A DNA stretch of 44,923 bases from Patescibacteria group bacterium (GCA_004296925.1 SCVI01000037.1:1-44923), one strand, 5' to 3'. Numbered from the stretch's first letter, positions 33,233 through 42,865 are shown. Translations and numbers: made by a program. Notes: generated by a model from the letters alone, not told the origin.

Positions 33233-35008
33233 CTAGCGTACCTCCCAACCTTTTTTAGTTAACGCCTCGGTAACAGACGCCATGAACCCTTGCACCTCTT
33301 CGTCGGTGAGTGTTCTTTCGTGTGATTGAAATACAAGTCTAAACGCAAAGGATGTTCTTCCCTCTTTTGAGAAGGTGTCGAACAGCGTGCACCTTACAAG
33401 CATAGGCCCCGCACTCTCTTTTATGTGGGACCTCGTAGGTCCCACATCGGTAGTGTCGGGAGCCCAAAAGGCAACGTCCCGAACAATGAATGGATACAGA
33501 GAAAAAGACTTGTACAGGCTCAAAGCATACCGCTTGGGGACATATTCCGCATCAGGCGCAATCTCCGGAATGTCCGGCACGGGCTCAGAGGTTTGGACAG
33601 CAATGCGTTCGCCCTCTTTTGAAAATACTGTTCCCACCTCAAAGACTTTTGGTTTTACATTCGGAGCCACGGTAATGGGCGCGTAGAGCTTTGCCTTCAC
33701 AAAAGCGTCTGTAAGATTTTCCGCGAGCGTAGTGCGGAGTGCCGGCTTCGTTTTGTCTAGCGGGTTTAGAAGCCACACGTCCCCTTTCTTTGCGAAAGAT
33801 TGTGTAGAAACTTCTGTGAATCCTCGCTCAACCAAAAAATCCTTCACCTTCTCGATACCTTTAAAGCGTGCCTGGTCAATCACTGAAATTTGTTTCAATT
33901 CCTTCGGTAACACCTTATCCAAACCAATAATGCGCCCCACTTCTTCTGCTATATCTTCAGAAATAGTTAAATCTGGCCTCTCAAACGGCGCAGATACAAT
34001 ATAGGTATTCTCCTTGCTCTCAAAAGGAATATCGAGACGAAGGAGAGCATCCTCAATATCGTGAGCATTGAAAGTAGATCCTAGTATTGTATTAATTTGA
34101 TCCACAGTCACTTGCACAGGTTCGCTTGGTGCTTTCTGCACAGGATACACATCTATAACCCCCTCTATTTCTCCACCAGCGAGAAGTGGTATGAGTTTTA
34201 AAATTGCACTCATGCCATATGACGTAAGAACAGGAGAAGGATGATTTTGATATCGCGTTGAGGCATCAGTCAAAATTTTCAATCGCTGGCAAGTCTTTCG
34301 TATTATGGTGCCATTGTAGTTCCCCACTGAGATAAAAAGATCTTTCGTATTTTCCCCTACTCCTGAGTGTAAACCTCCCTTAATACCTGCGATGTCTAAT
34401 GGCATCCCAGAAATTTCGTCTGCTATTACGTGTATGTCATCGCCCAGCTGTATCGTATCCCCAGAAAGTAGTGCTATTTCCTCTCCCGCTTTTGCACTTC
34501 GAATTGAAATACTTGCCACACCATCTTTCTGAATTTTACCAAAATCAAATGCATGGAGCGGTTGCCCTATGTCGAGCATCACATAATTTGTGGCATCAAC
34601 AATATTGTTTATTGATTTCTGACCGACTGATGCAAGTGCATCTTTTAGCCACTTTGGCGACTCTCCCACTGTTACCCCACGCACTACTGCACCAATGTGC
34701 CGATTTACAAATTCAGAATCTACTGAAACTTTAAGTACTTTTGTTTCAAGAAATGACTCTGGTGTAATTCGAAGTGGATCTTCTTTAAGCGGCATCTTTA
34801 ATATGGCAGAGAGTTCTTTTGCAATGCCACGATGTGATAAACAATCTGCAGCTCTGTTAGGGAGCACATTCACATCTATGACTCCTCCGTATCGCTCATC
34901 ACTACTCTCTACCTCAAATGAATGGAACGTAAGCGCATCCACAAGAGTTGCCATATCCGGAAGCGGATCGCTAAAATATTTTTGTAGCCATAGTACAGAG
35001 ACTTTCAT
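33233..35008 (-). CDS. pheT: phenylalanyl-tRNA synthetase beta subunit (shortened form)
   Basis: 591 aa. MKVSVLWLQKYF is B1-like and runs directly into the B3/B4 region. The C-terminus is FDX-ACB-like (FRLVFQSHERTLTDEEV). The start overlaps the pheS stop (ATGA). Confidence 0.93.
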   Translation of the reverse strand: MKVSVLWLQKYFSDPLPDMATLVDALTFHSFEVESSDERYGGVIDVNVLPNRAADCLSHRGIAKELSAILKMPLKEDPLRITPESFLETKVLKVSVDSEFVNRHIGAVVRGVTVGESPKWLKDALASVGQKSINNIVDATNYVMLDIGQPLHAFDFGKIQKDGVASISIRSAKAGEEIALLSGDTIQLGDDIHVIADEISGMPLDIAGIKGGLHSGVGENTKDLFISVGNYNGTIIRKTCQRLKILTDASTRYQNHPSPVLTSYGMSAILKLIPLLAGGEIEGVIDVYPVQKAPSEPVQVTVDQINTILGSTFNAHDIEDALLRLDIPFESKENTYIVSAPFERPDLTISEDIAEEVGRIIGLDKVLPKELKQISVIDQARFKGIEKVKDFLVERGFTEVSTQSFAKKGDVWLLNPLDKTKPALRTTLAENLTDAFVKAKLYAPITVAPNVKPKVFEVGTVFSKEGERIAVQTSEPVPDIPEIAPDAEYVPKRYALSLYKSFSLYPFIVRDVAFWAPDTTDVGPTRSHIKESAGPMLVRCTLFDTFSKEGRTSFAFRLVFQSHERTLTDEEVQGFMASVTEALTKKGWEVR

Positions 35009-35739
35009 AATTTGTTTTGTGTAAATCCATATACAAATCGAACATCGCCAGAATGGAAAAGGCGCACATCAGGGATTCCGTATTTCACCATCAAAAGCCT
35101 CTCGAGTCCGCCACCAAAGGCAAATCCCGCAACCTCGTCTGGATTTAATTTCGCATTTCTTAGTACGGAAGGATGCAACATACCTGCCCCTGCCATTTCA
35201 AGCCAACGACCCTCTTTACCAGGAGCTTCAAACCATACATCAATCTCAACTCCCGGTTCAACAAATGGGAAGTAGCTTGGTCGAAATCGTACCTTTGCGT
35301 CTTCACCTAGGTACTCTTTATAAAATCTATCAAACACTCCTTTCAGATGCGCAAGCGTTACTTCACCTTTTGGACCTACTGCAAAACCATCAAGCTGATA
35401 AAACTGTGCCTCATGAGTCATATCTGTCGCTTCATTTCTAAAAACTTTTCCTGGGTTAATCTTTCGCATTTCCCGTAGTCCACTCTTAGCCATTTCTTCA
35501 AGACATCGCACTGTGACCGATGTGTTATGAGTTCGCATCACAAATCCCGCCCTATCTTTTATCCAAAACGTATCTTGCATATCACGTGCAGGGTGATCCG
35601 CAGGAACATTTAATGCATCAAAATTATGAAATTCGTCTTCTAGTTCAGGGCCATATGCGATACCAAACCCCATACGACCAAAAATTTCCGCAATATCGCG
35701 GAGTGCTATCGAGTGTGGGTGCAAACGTCCTTCTGCCAT
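35005..35739 (-). CDS. pheS: phenylalanyl-tRNA synthetase alpha subunit lacking the N-terminal coiled coil
   Basis: 244 aa with HPHSIALRDI, NFDALNVPADHPARDMQDTFW and class II motifs 2 and 3 (FRNEA..., GFAFGGGLERL). It ends on TGA. Confidence 0.93.
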   Translation of the reverse strand: MAEGRLHPHSIALRDIAEIFGRMGFGIAYGPELEDEFHNFDALNVPADHPARDMQDTFWIKDRAGFVMRTHNTSVTVRCLEEMAKSGLREMRKINPGKVFRNEATDMTHEAQFYQLDGFAVGPKGEVTLAHLKGVFDRFYKEYLGEDAKVRFRPSYFPFVEPGVEIDVWFEAPGKEGRWLEMAGAGMLHPSVLRNAKLNPDEVAGFAFGGGLERLLMVKYGIPDVRLFHSGDVRFVYGFTQNKL

Positions 35740-35785
35740 ATGTTAATGGAGTATACCGCGCCTCATTTATTCTTGCGACACTGGA

Positions 35786-36640
35786 TTAAAGACCTTCAAC
35801 GGTATAGAGTCTCGTACCTTCTTTAATAATGATGGAGCCTCCTACAATACGAAAATCTACCCCTCGTTTCTGATATAAAGGAACAACCAATTGAGGTTGT
35901 CGTACGTCAATCTCTGCAAAAAACAGACCCGAACGCTCTGTTGCATACACGACACCGCGAGCAAAAAAATGCGCGGATATTGCTTTATCCTTACCCGCCT
36001 TCTTTACCACTATCTCTTGTGCACACTCTGACGGAATGAAACAAAATGAACTCGGTGTTGAAGAGGCGTTTTTTTGCCAACGTACAATTACTGAACCGTT
36101 CTCAACAAATAAACCTTTTCCATTTTCAACTTCAAGCGGCTTCTCAACCTCACTTTCGAGCACCGCGAGTGGTTTTTTCTTAAATGCATCAAGTAGTGTA
36201 TTAAACTCAGCACGCGATACTACACGAGTACTGGAAGCGACAGCAGAATCCTTAATTCCAACGAGGATTTCAACAGCAGCAAAATCGGTGGGAATAAGTA
36301 GTGCTCCTGCGTCTGTGACTACCTTTGGTTCTACTACTAAATTTTTATGCCACGTATAATATCCTTCTGCAGTAACATCAACCGCATACTTTCCTGGCGG
36401 TAAATCAGGAATATACACTGAACGAGATAACAAATGAGTAACCTGTTCATCCTGACCATTTATAGACACCACCGCTCCGGAGATTGGAACCGATATATAT
36501 AATCCTCCTGTCTCAACAAACGAAAGATTGCTCAACTTATATCCTGACGCATAAAAAACAGCTGCGGGCGTTATGACCAAAAATAAAAAAACTAGAGACA
36601 AAAAGAGTGCGCGACGAAGAATTGGAGAAAAAGGCTTCAT
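35786..36640 (-). CDS. membrane-anchored PEGA-domain protein
   Basis: 284 aa. It has an N-terminal TM segment (ALFLSLVFLFLVITPAAVFY) followed by ISVPISGAVVSINGQ...LPPGKYAVDVTAEGYYTW, which resembles the PEGA motif. Confidence 0.6.
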   Translation of the reverse strand: MKPFSPILRRALFLSLVFLFLVITPAAVFYASGYKLSNLSFVETGGLYISVPISGAVVSINGQDEQVTHLLSRSVYIPDLPPGKYAVDVTAEGYYTWHKNLVVEPKVVTDAGALLIPTDFAAVEILVGIKDSAVASSTRVVSRAEFNTLLDAFKKKPLAVLESEVEKPLEVENGKGLFVENGSVIVRWQKNASSTPSSFCFIPSECAQEIVVKKAGKDKAISAHFFARGVVYATERSGLFFAEIDVRQPQLVVPLYQKRGVDFRIVGGSIIIKEGTRLYTVEGL

Positions 36641-36693
36641 ATTGTATACAGCTTACCGCAGTCCCTCTCCAACTAAAAATGAGCGCTGTGCAA

Positions 36694-38247
36694 TTACACC
36701 GTTTTAGTTTCTGGAGTTTTTTTGCGACGTAGTTTTGGTGTAACCCAAAATCCGAGATATCGTCCCGTCATCAAACGTGCTTGCGCTTCAAGTCCAGGAA
36801 TCGCACTAAAAAAGACCATGGTAAATGGGACAAGGATCCACTGCGCAAACATCATGACCGCTCGTGAACGCGAACGATTTTCAGGACGACGAGGAACTAA
36901 GTTTGTGCAAAACACCGCGCTCACTATTAAACCGAGCATTGCGATGGCAAGAAACCATCTCGCTACTATTGGAAGGTTGTATGACAACACCGACGTATTA
37001 AAGGTATGCCCCCCAATAAAAAGCGGTAGCCATCCGAACGCAAACAAAATCAATGGATGTGTCGCTAGTGACCAGAATCCTTCAACTTGCACCCATAACG
37101 TGCCTATTTTTTTACTGAGAGAAATTTTACTATTTTTCCAAAAATTAAAAACAATGTATGCAATATTTTCAGCGCCGTATCCCCAACGACGATGCTGTTT
37201 ATAAAGATTTTTCACTGTACCAAAAAAACTTGGAGCTGCGTTAGCATCCATCGATACTGGATACGTTATAGGCACTACCGTGTAATCCCCATCGTAGAAC
37301 ATAAATAAATTCCAGTAGATACGAGAATCTTCTGATACCACATTTGGCTGCCAGTATCCCGCCTCTTCAAGTGTCGCTAAAGAAACCGCATGAGAAGAGA
37401 ACGTGGCAAGACGTTCTGGTCTTTCTTGTAGAATCATTTGCCAGAATGTCGACGAGTACGCGAGTACCCGTGAAAGCATTGGAGCATCCCATATATTGTT
37501 GTTATAAAGAGGAATAGGTTGGAACGAAGAACGAAGTGGCCTTTCTGCAGTCAAGAAATGCCATGTGAGACAAGCAAAATAATCAGGATATACGACAGTA
37601 TCAATATCGAACGCTGAAACTATTACCTTTTCAAGTGGAATGCCTAAACGATCGGCAATATCTTTTTTTGCTGATTTTGCAGCATATGAAATGTTTGATC
37701 CCTTCCCTGGAATTTCTCCCTCTACACCATATGGATGTACTGTCACCAAGAAATCTAAAAAATCTCCACCAAATTCTGCTTTAGCTTTTTCAGCAAGCAG
37801 TCGCGCCTCATCCCCTCTCTCTTCTTCTGCCGCAAGCACAATAGCAATTTGCTTCAGAGGAAATCTGGAGGCCTGCACCGCCTTTATACTTTCTGCAATA
37901 ACTTCATACGGCTCGTTGTAGAAAGGAAATACCACAAAGTGAACGAGATCATCGTATTTCATATGTTCGAGTCGTAGGAGCCAATCGGTTTCCATCGAAC
38001 GACGTAAACGAATATAGTTGTATCGCAAATGAACCGACAGAAAAATAGTTTTAAAAAGCCAATAACTCGAAAATAGTATAGTTATGTACGCAGCAATAGC
38101 TGGGTTCCAAATAGAAAGCGCAACAAAACCAATTAAAGTTCCAAACGAAAGTGCCCCAGGAAGAATCTCCAAAAAACGATATACAGCCCTATTTAGACCG
38201 CTAAGTTCTGTTGCTCTGCCTACGTGTAAATATGGGTGATTATTCAT
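36694..38247 (-). CDS. integral-membrane family-2 glycosyltransferase (processive, QxxRW type)
   Basis: 517 aa. Features: N-terminal TM pair, FVVFPFYNEP, FDIDTV (DxD-like), QHRRWGYG (QxxRW), and 3-4 C-terminal TM helices. Confidence 0.7.
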   Translation of the reverse strand: MNNHPYLHVGRATELSGLNRAVYRFLEILPGALSFGTLIGFVALSIWNPAIAAYITILFSSYWLFKTIFLSVHLRYNYIRLRRSMETDWLLRLEHMKYDDLVHFVVFPFYNEPYEVIAESIKAVQASRFPLKQIAIVLAAEEERGDEARLLAEKAKAEFGGDFLDFLVTVHPYGVEGEIPGKGSNISYAAKSAKKDIADRLGIPLEKVIVSAFDIDTVVYPDYFACLTWHFLTAERPLRSSFQPIPLYNNNIWDAPMLSRVLAYSSTFWQMILQERPERLATFSSHAVSLATLEEAGYWQPNVVSEDSRIYWNLFMFYDGDYTVVPITYPVSMDANAAPSFFGTVKNLYKQHRRWGYGAENIAYIVFNFWKNSKISLSKKIGTLWVQVEGFWSLATHPLILFAFGWLPLFIGGHTFNTSVLSYNLPIVARWFLAIAMLGLIVSAVFCTNLVPRRPENRSRSRAVMMFAQWILVPFTMVFFSAIPGLEAQARLMTGRYLGFWVTPKLRRKKTPETKTV

Positions 38248-38261
38248 GAAATCTTTCTGGC

Positions 38262-39224
38262 TTAATGTCTGAATGCGCGTGTACCCGTGTAGACCATCGC
38301 AACTCCGGCTTCATCACATGCATCTACCGACTCCTGGTCGCGTACCGATCCACCGGGCTGAATTATTGCTCCAACACCAGCTTGAAGTAACACATCGGTT
38401 GCGTCACGGAATGGAAAGAAGGCGTCAGATGCTGCGACAGCATCCTTCATTCTTTCTCCTGCTTTAAGTACACACAGTTCCGCACATCGCTTGCGATCTT
38501 GTTGTCCAACTCCTGAAGCAATCAGTGTTTTATTTTTTACCGCAACTACCGTATTTGATTTCGAACTCCTACATAGTGCCCACGCAAAAAGTAGATCCTC
38601 AATCTCAGCGCTTGTTGGCTCTCGTTTCGTTACTGAGCGAATAGAGTCGCTCGATACTTCTACAATGTCGGGAGTCATGGTGAGTATCCCGCCTCTTATT
38701 TTATGCATGTGAGTCGCTTGCGACAACGATGGATTGCTGAGAGCTGGATTTACCAACACTCGAATATTTGGTTTTTTCGCAAACTCAATCTTCGCTTCCT
38801 TCGTCACTGATGGCGCAAGTAATACTTCAAAAAAATTCTTGGTCATTTGTATTGCGAGAGATCCATCAACTTCTCTGTTCACTGCCATAATGCCTCCGAA
38901 TGCTGCTAAGGGATCGCCTTCATACCATGAAGCCGTATATGCATCTGTAAGAGATTCTCTGAGAGCCGCACCACAAGGATTCGTGTGTTTTACTATCACA
39001 CATCCCGCTTCTTTCCCTCCTAGATGCGAAAGCGCAAATAAGGCACCGTCCATGTCGAGATAATTGTTGTATGAAAGCTCCTTTCCTTGGAGCATTTCAA
39101 AATTTTGTATTGCAAGAGGATCTTGCTCTTCATCCTCTATCTCACTAAACCAACCCTCTTGGTGAGGGTTTTCTCCGTAACGGAGTTTAGTACTTTTTTT
39201 AAATCTGAAAAAATCTGAATTCAT
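38262..39224 (-). CDS. purH: AICAR formyltransferase domain protein (PurH C-terminal half only)
   Basis: 320 aa starting just before the LRYGENPHQ motif. It ends ...GGSVRDQESVDACDEAGVAMVYTGTRAFRH, as full-length PurH does. No MGS-like IMP cyclohydrolase domain lies upstream. Confidence 0.85.
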   Translation of the reverse strand: MNSDFFRFKKSTKLRYGENPHQEGWFSEIEDEEQDPLAIQNFEMLQGKELSYNNYLDMDGALFALSHLGGKEAGCVIVKHTNPCGAALRESLTDAYTASWYEGDPLAAFGGIMAVNREVDGSLAIQMTKNFFEVLLAPSVTKEAKIEFAKKPNIRVLVNPALSNPSLSQATHMHKIRGGILTMTPDIVEVSSDSIRSVTKREPTSAEIEDLLFAWALCRSSKSNTVVAVKNKTLIASGVGQQDRKRCAELCVLKAGERMKDAVAASDAFFPFRDATDVLLQAGVGAIIQPGGSVRDQESVDACDEAGVAMVYTGTRAFRH

Positions 39225-39242
39225 TTAAATAGTATACCTTTC

Positions 39243-39318
39243 TGGAGCCGCCTCTCGGGCTTGAACCGAGGACCTACGGTTTACAAAACCGTTGCTCTAC
39301 CAACTGAGCTAAGGCGGC
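39243..39318 (-). tRNA. tRNA-Thr (anticodon UGU), CCA encoded
   Basis: Folded by hand. Acceptor stem GCCGCCT/AGGCGGC, D stem GCTC/GAGC, anticodon stem ACGGT/ACCGT with loop TTTGTAA, variable region AGGTC, T stem CTCGG/CCGAG with loop TTCAAGC, discriminator T and CCA. Total 76 nt. Confidence 0.95.
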
Positions 39319-39572
39319 AAAATTCCTATAAAACCATTCTGAATGATTTTCTCAATATAATCACGTCTTTTGAGCTTTTTCAAACGTCTTTCAATATATC
39401 GAGCTTCTGCAAGTGTTACATATTTTTGAGAAAATACGAGGGCCCCAAAACCAAGTCTTTTTGTAGTGAGTGTATGACCGCTACGATGATGCTGTAATCT
39501 TGCTTCTAAATTGCCAGTACTGCCAATATAGTACTTGCCAGAGTTCGTTTTTAGAATATAAACGAAAGCCAT
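39309..39572 (-). CDS. GIY-YIG nuclease-family small protein
   Basis: 87 aa. VYILKTNSGKYYIGSTGNLEARLQHH... is the GIY-YIG (URI) motif pattern. The last codons and the stop (ILPP*) lie inside the tRNA-Thr acceptor stem. Confidence 0.85.
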   Translation of the reverse strand: MAFVYILKTNSGKYYIGSTGNLEARLQHHRSGHTLTTKRLGFGALVFSQKYVTLAEARYIERRLKKLKRRDYIEKIIQNGFIGILPP

Positions 39573-39582
39573 AAAGAGACTA

Positions 39583-39626
39583 TTCCGACGCCCTTAAGGG
39601 GTCGGAACCCCGACTTACCGTCGGGG
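39583..39626 (-). promoter_or_regulatory. twin GC-rich hairpins filling the gap between the 139-aa ORF and the GIY-YIG ORF
   Basis: On the minus strand CCCCGAC-ggtaa-GTCGGGG is immediately followed by TTCCGACCCC-ttaa-GGG(C)GTCGGAA. An alternative GGGG...CCCC pairing between the two hairpins is possible. There is no T-run. Confidence 0.35.
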
Positions 39627-40046
39627 CTATACCGATTTTTCTGAAGAGTTGCTATCCCTCGTCAAGACAGGTTCTACTTGCTTCTTTTTGCGCGGCACAA
39701 TCGTGCGCAAAAACGAGGAAACCTCCTTACCTTTTGGTTGCGGTACTGCCATACGCATACGGTAGGACAATCTGGTAAGTGGTCTTTCAATGGAACGCAA
39801 TCCAGCAACCAACAATAACACTACTTCATGAATACCCTTTTGCAAGAACACTATGAAGGCAGTTCTATATCGATACGGCACGTTACCAGTAATAGCGCGA
39901 TGATACATATCGGTAACAACATGATCTGCATGCTCGCGTTTAAGCGCCCACAAGCGGTGACCACGCTTTTCTTCCCAAAGTCTAAACACAATGAACCCAG
40001 TAAGAAGGGTCGAAGAGAGAAGAAATAGTGACACTGAAAATATCAT
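39627..40046 (-). CDS. hypothetical membrane protein (139 aa)
   Basis: It starts on the nucleotide after the tsf stop. It has an N-terminal TM helix (IFSVSLFLLSSTLLTGFIVF) and a second hydrophobic segment. No family recognised. Confidence 0.5.
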   Translation of the reverse strand: MIFSVSLFLLSSTLLTGFIVFRLWEEKRGHRLWALKREHADHVVTDMYHRAITGNVPYRYRTAFIVFLQKGIHEVVLLLVAGLRSIERPLTRLSYRMRMAVPQPKGKEVSSFLRTIVPRKKKQVEPVLTRDSNSSEKSV

Positions 40047-40631
40047 TTACTTTGATGATAGGCGGACAAATCGCTCAACTTCTACACGCTCACCAAACTT
40101 ATGTACCGCTCCGTCTATTAAATCTTGTACTGATTTTTCAGGATCTTTAATGTAATCCTGCTCTAAAAGTACAATACCTTTCAAGTACGCGTCTACCTTT
40201 CCTGAAAGAATTTGTTCCTTAAGATTCTCCGGTTTTCCTTCAACCTCCTTTGCAAACAAACCTTTAATTTCTTCCATCTTTTCTGCTGGAACTTCATCAC
40301 GACGCACGTACAAAGGATTCGATGCTGCTACTTGGAGTGCGATGTCACGTGCAAGTGCTACAAACTCTTCATTCTTTGCAACAAAATCTGTTTCAGATCG
40401 AAGTACCACCATAGAACCAATATCTTGACTCGCGTGAACGTATGACGAAACAACACCAGCACCGAGTTCACGACCTGCTTTTTTAGCCGCCATAGAACCG
40501 CGTTTTTTGGAAAGAATAAGAAGTGCTTTTGCTGTATCCCCATCCGCTTCTTCAAGTGCCATCTTGCATTGCATTACAGAAATGCCTGTTTGCTCACGAA
40601 GGGCCTTCACCATGTCTGCTGTAATATTCAT
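40047..40631 (-). CDS. tsf: elongation factor Ts (short form)
   Basis: 194 aa with an N-terminal UBA-like segment ITADMVKALREQTGISVMQCKMALEEADGD. It follows rpsB. Confidence 0.93.
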   Translation of the reverse strand: MNITADMVKALREQTGISVMQCKMALEEADGDTAKALLILSKKRGSMAAKKAGRELGAGVVSSYVHASQDIGSMVVLRSETDFVAKNEEFVALARDIALQVAASNPLYVRRDEVPAEKMEEIKGLFAKEVEGKPENLKEQILSGKVDAYLKGIVLLEQDYIKDPEKSVQDLIDGAVHKFGERVEVERFVRLSSK

Positions 40632-40690
40632 ATTTTTAGAAAATCAATTACAACTATAAATAATTAACGCACGCTCTTCTTTAAAGAGCG

Positions 40691-41425
40691 TTAGACTTTC
40701 TTCTCTTCAGGTTCAGGAGTTGCTACACGACCTGCTGCTCCTTCGCGATAGGCTTCAACAATTCGATCGAGGAAGAAAGTAACACTTTCCTTTGATGCGT
40801 CATTTCCTACCACTGGATACGAAGCGAGAGAAAGATCGCAATCAGAATTCATTATTCCTACAATAGGAATATTGAGAGTTTTTGCTTCTGCAACCGCGAT
40901 ATCTTCGTGACGAGTGTCAATCACAATTAATGCATCTGGGAGTTTCTCTAAGCTAGAGATACCAAGAAAATTTGTTTCGAGACGTGCAATTTCGCGATCG
41001 AAAAGAACACGTTCTTTTTTTGTATATTTTTTTGCAGAAGCACCAGTGTCTCTCTCTTCAGTAAGCTCTTGCATGCGCTTGACGCGTTTTTTGATTTGAG
41101 AAAAGTTTGTGAGTGTGCCGCCAATCCATCGTCCAATAACATACGGCATATCAATCTCACTTGCTGCATTTTTGAGTAATCCTTCCATTTCTGGCTTACC
41201 TGATACAAAAATGACACGTTTACCTTCAGCACCAAGACCACGCACAAAAAGAAGTGCGCGCTCAAGCATGGGTGCGGTTTGTGTAAGGTCTATGATGTCG
41301 GTTCTGTTTTTAGACCCATATACAAGAGACTTCATAGTCGCATGTCTACGGGAACGAGAAAAACCAAAATGCGCACCTACCTTAAATAGGGCGTCAACGA
41401 GCGTATTTGTTTGATTGTCTGACAT
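40691..41425 (-). CDS. rpsB: 30S ribosomal protein S2
   Basis: LFKVGAHFGFSRSRRHATMKSLVYGSKNRTDIIDL matches the S2 N-terminus. The start is placed at Met13 of the 40691..41461 ORF. Confidence 0.93.
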   Translation of the reverse strand: MSDNQTNTLVDALFKVGAHFGFSRSRRHATMKSLVYGSKNRTDIIDLTQTAPMLERALLFVRGLGAEGKRVIFVSGKPEMEGLLKNAASEIDMPYVIGRWIGGTLTNFSQIKKRVKRMQELTEERDTGASAKKYTKKERVLFDREIARLETNFLGISSLEKLPDALIVIDTRHEDIAVAEAKTLNIPIVGIMNSDCDLSLASYPVVGNDASKESVTFFLDRIVEAYREGAAGRVATPEPEEKKV

Positions 41426-41531
41426 GCTCGCTATCCTAACACACGAAAAACGGCTAAGCAACGAGGGTTAGAGTCTAAAATATGTCTTTTCGGCGAATTT
41501 TAAAATTCTCCACCCATTTCCCTTTTTCCAC

Positions 41532-42479
41532 TTACTCCGCAGCACTTTCAAGTTCCGTAACTTTGACCCGAAGCGTTTCAACAATACCTTCTAAGTTACC
41601 TTCCATAATTGAAGGAATATTGTGCCACGACTCTTTAATTCTATGATCCGAGACTCTGTCTTGCGTAAAATTATATGTACGAATTTTTTCAGATCTATCG
41701 CCTGTCCCAATTTGCGCTTTCCTGTTTGCGGCATGCGCAGCAGCCGCTTTCTCTTCCTCGTACGTTTCAAGTTTTGCAGCAAGAATTTGCATTGCTTTAT
41801 CACGGTTTGCTTTTTGACTCCTCTCAGACTGACAACGAACTTCGAGACCTGTGGGGGTATGAATTAAACGGACCGCGGTTTCAACTTTGTTGACGTTTTG
41901 ACCTCCTGCACCGCCAGATCGAGAAAACTCTATTTCCAAATCTCCAGGATTTAGTTCAAATTTAGGAAATTTTCGAATCGGAAGAATGGCAACTGATGCG
42001 GTAGAGGTATGAATTCTTCCTGACTTTTCAGTAATTGGGATTCTCTGAACTCGATGCACCCCCGTTTCATAACGAAGCGCTTCATAGACGCCCTTTCCTT
42101 TTATTTCAATTGAAGCAAGACCTAAATCAAGTAACTTTACTTCCCATCCTCGTTTTTCAGCATATCGTTGATACATACGTGCAAGCTCTGTTGCAAAAAG
42201 TGCCGACTCATCACCTCCAGCGCCGGCCCTAAACTCCATCACAATAGATACGGGAGACCCTTCTTCTGCCACAGAAGGAGCAAGAATGTCTTGCATTTGA
42301 GTAAGGAGTGTTTCTTGCTGTATTACTAAGCTTTTCAATTCATCTTCAGCAAGCTCCTTCATAGAAGGATCGGCTTCTGCAAGCGCCTTGACACGCTCCA
42401 TGTCTCCTGCGACACGGTCATACTCTGCTGCCATGTATGCAGTTTTTGGATTTGTTCGAAATGCTTGTATGTCATCCAT
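41532..42479 (-). CDS. prfA: peptide chain release factor 1
   Basis: 315 aa with the GGQ motif ([18 protein letters not shown]) and an RF1-type PxT tripeptide context ([16 protein letters not shown]). Confidence 0.93.
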   Translation of the reverse strand: MDDIQAFRTNPKTAYMAAEYDRVAGDMERVKALAEADPSMKELAEDELKSLVIQQETLLTQMQDILAPSVAEEGSPVSIVMEFRAGAGGDESALFATELARMYQRYAEKRGWEVKLLDLGLASIEIKGKGVYEALRYETGVHRVQRIPITEKSGRIHTSTASVAILPIRKFPKFELNPGDLEIEFSRSGGAGGQNVNKVETAVRLIHTPTGLEVRCQSERSQKANRDKAMQILAAKLETYEEEKAAAAHAANRKAQIGTGDRSEKIRTYNFTQDRVSDHRIKESWHNIPSIMEGNLEGIVETLRVKVTELESAAE

Positions 42480-42542
42480 ATCGTCCTCAGTGCAACACCA
42501 AGAAAAAGAGGAGGTGTTGTCCTCCCCTATTCTACCGTGTAT

Positions 42543-42800
42543 CTATTTCTTAGAAGCTCGAGCTGCGCTTCGTTTCTTGAATCTATCGACACGTCCTGCA
42601 CGGTCAAGTGTTGTTTGATTGCCTGTGTAGAACGGGTGCGAATCACTTGAAATTTCAACTATATAGAGCGGGTATGTAACACCATCAAGTTCAACGGTCT
42701 GATCAGTCGCTACGGTTGAACCAATGATGAATTGAGCATTGCTACTCGCGTCCTGGAACACAACCGGACGGTAATTTTGTGGGTGTATATCGTTCTTCAT
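42543..42800 (-). CDS. rpmE: 50S ribosomal protein L31 (Cys-less type)
   Basis: [10 protein letters not shown]...[12 protein letters not shown]...GRVDRFKKR is the canonical L31 pattern. Confidence 0.93.
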   Translation of the reverse strand: MKNDIHPQNYRPVVFQDASSNAQFIIGSTVATDQTVELDGVTYPLYIVEISSDSHPFYTGNQTTLDRAGRVDRFKKRSAARASKK

Positions 42801-42865
42801 GAGTTAGAGACTATACCATTTAGGCTGTTTTATTGCAAAACAGTACGGTACGAAATAAGAATGCT

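Noticed and set aside
39309-39572. Calling the GIY-YIG ORF a mobile element or homing endonuclease
   Set aside because: Only the ~87-aa catalytic-type module is present, with no DNA-binding domain, no intron or intein context and no flanking repeats. It is reported as a CDS with a note rather than as a mobile element.
41532-42479. Possibility of UGA recoding (alternative code 25/4), because only RF1 is visible and the lineage looks CPR-like
   Set aside because: TGA terminates trmD (83-85) and pheS (35005-35007, in an ATGA overlap with pheT) at the lengths expected from homologues. No recognised gene needs read-through of TGA. RF2 may simply lie outside the window.
42500-42528. Weak hairpin (GGAGG-n6-CCTCC) plus T5 after rpmE as a terminator
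   Set aside because: The stem is only 5 bp and lies close to the prfA start. That is insufficient to call it a feature.
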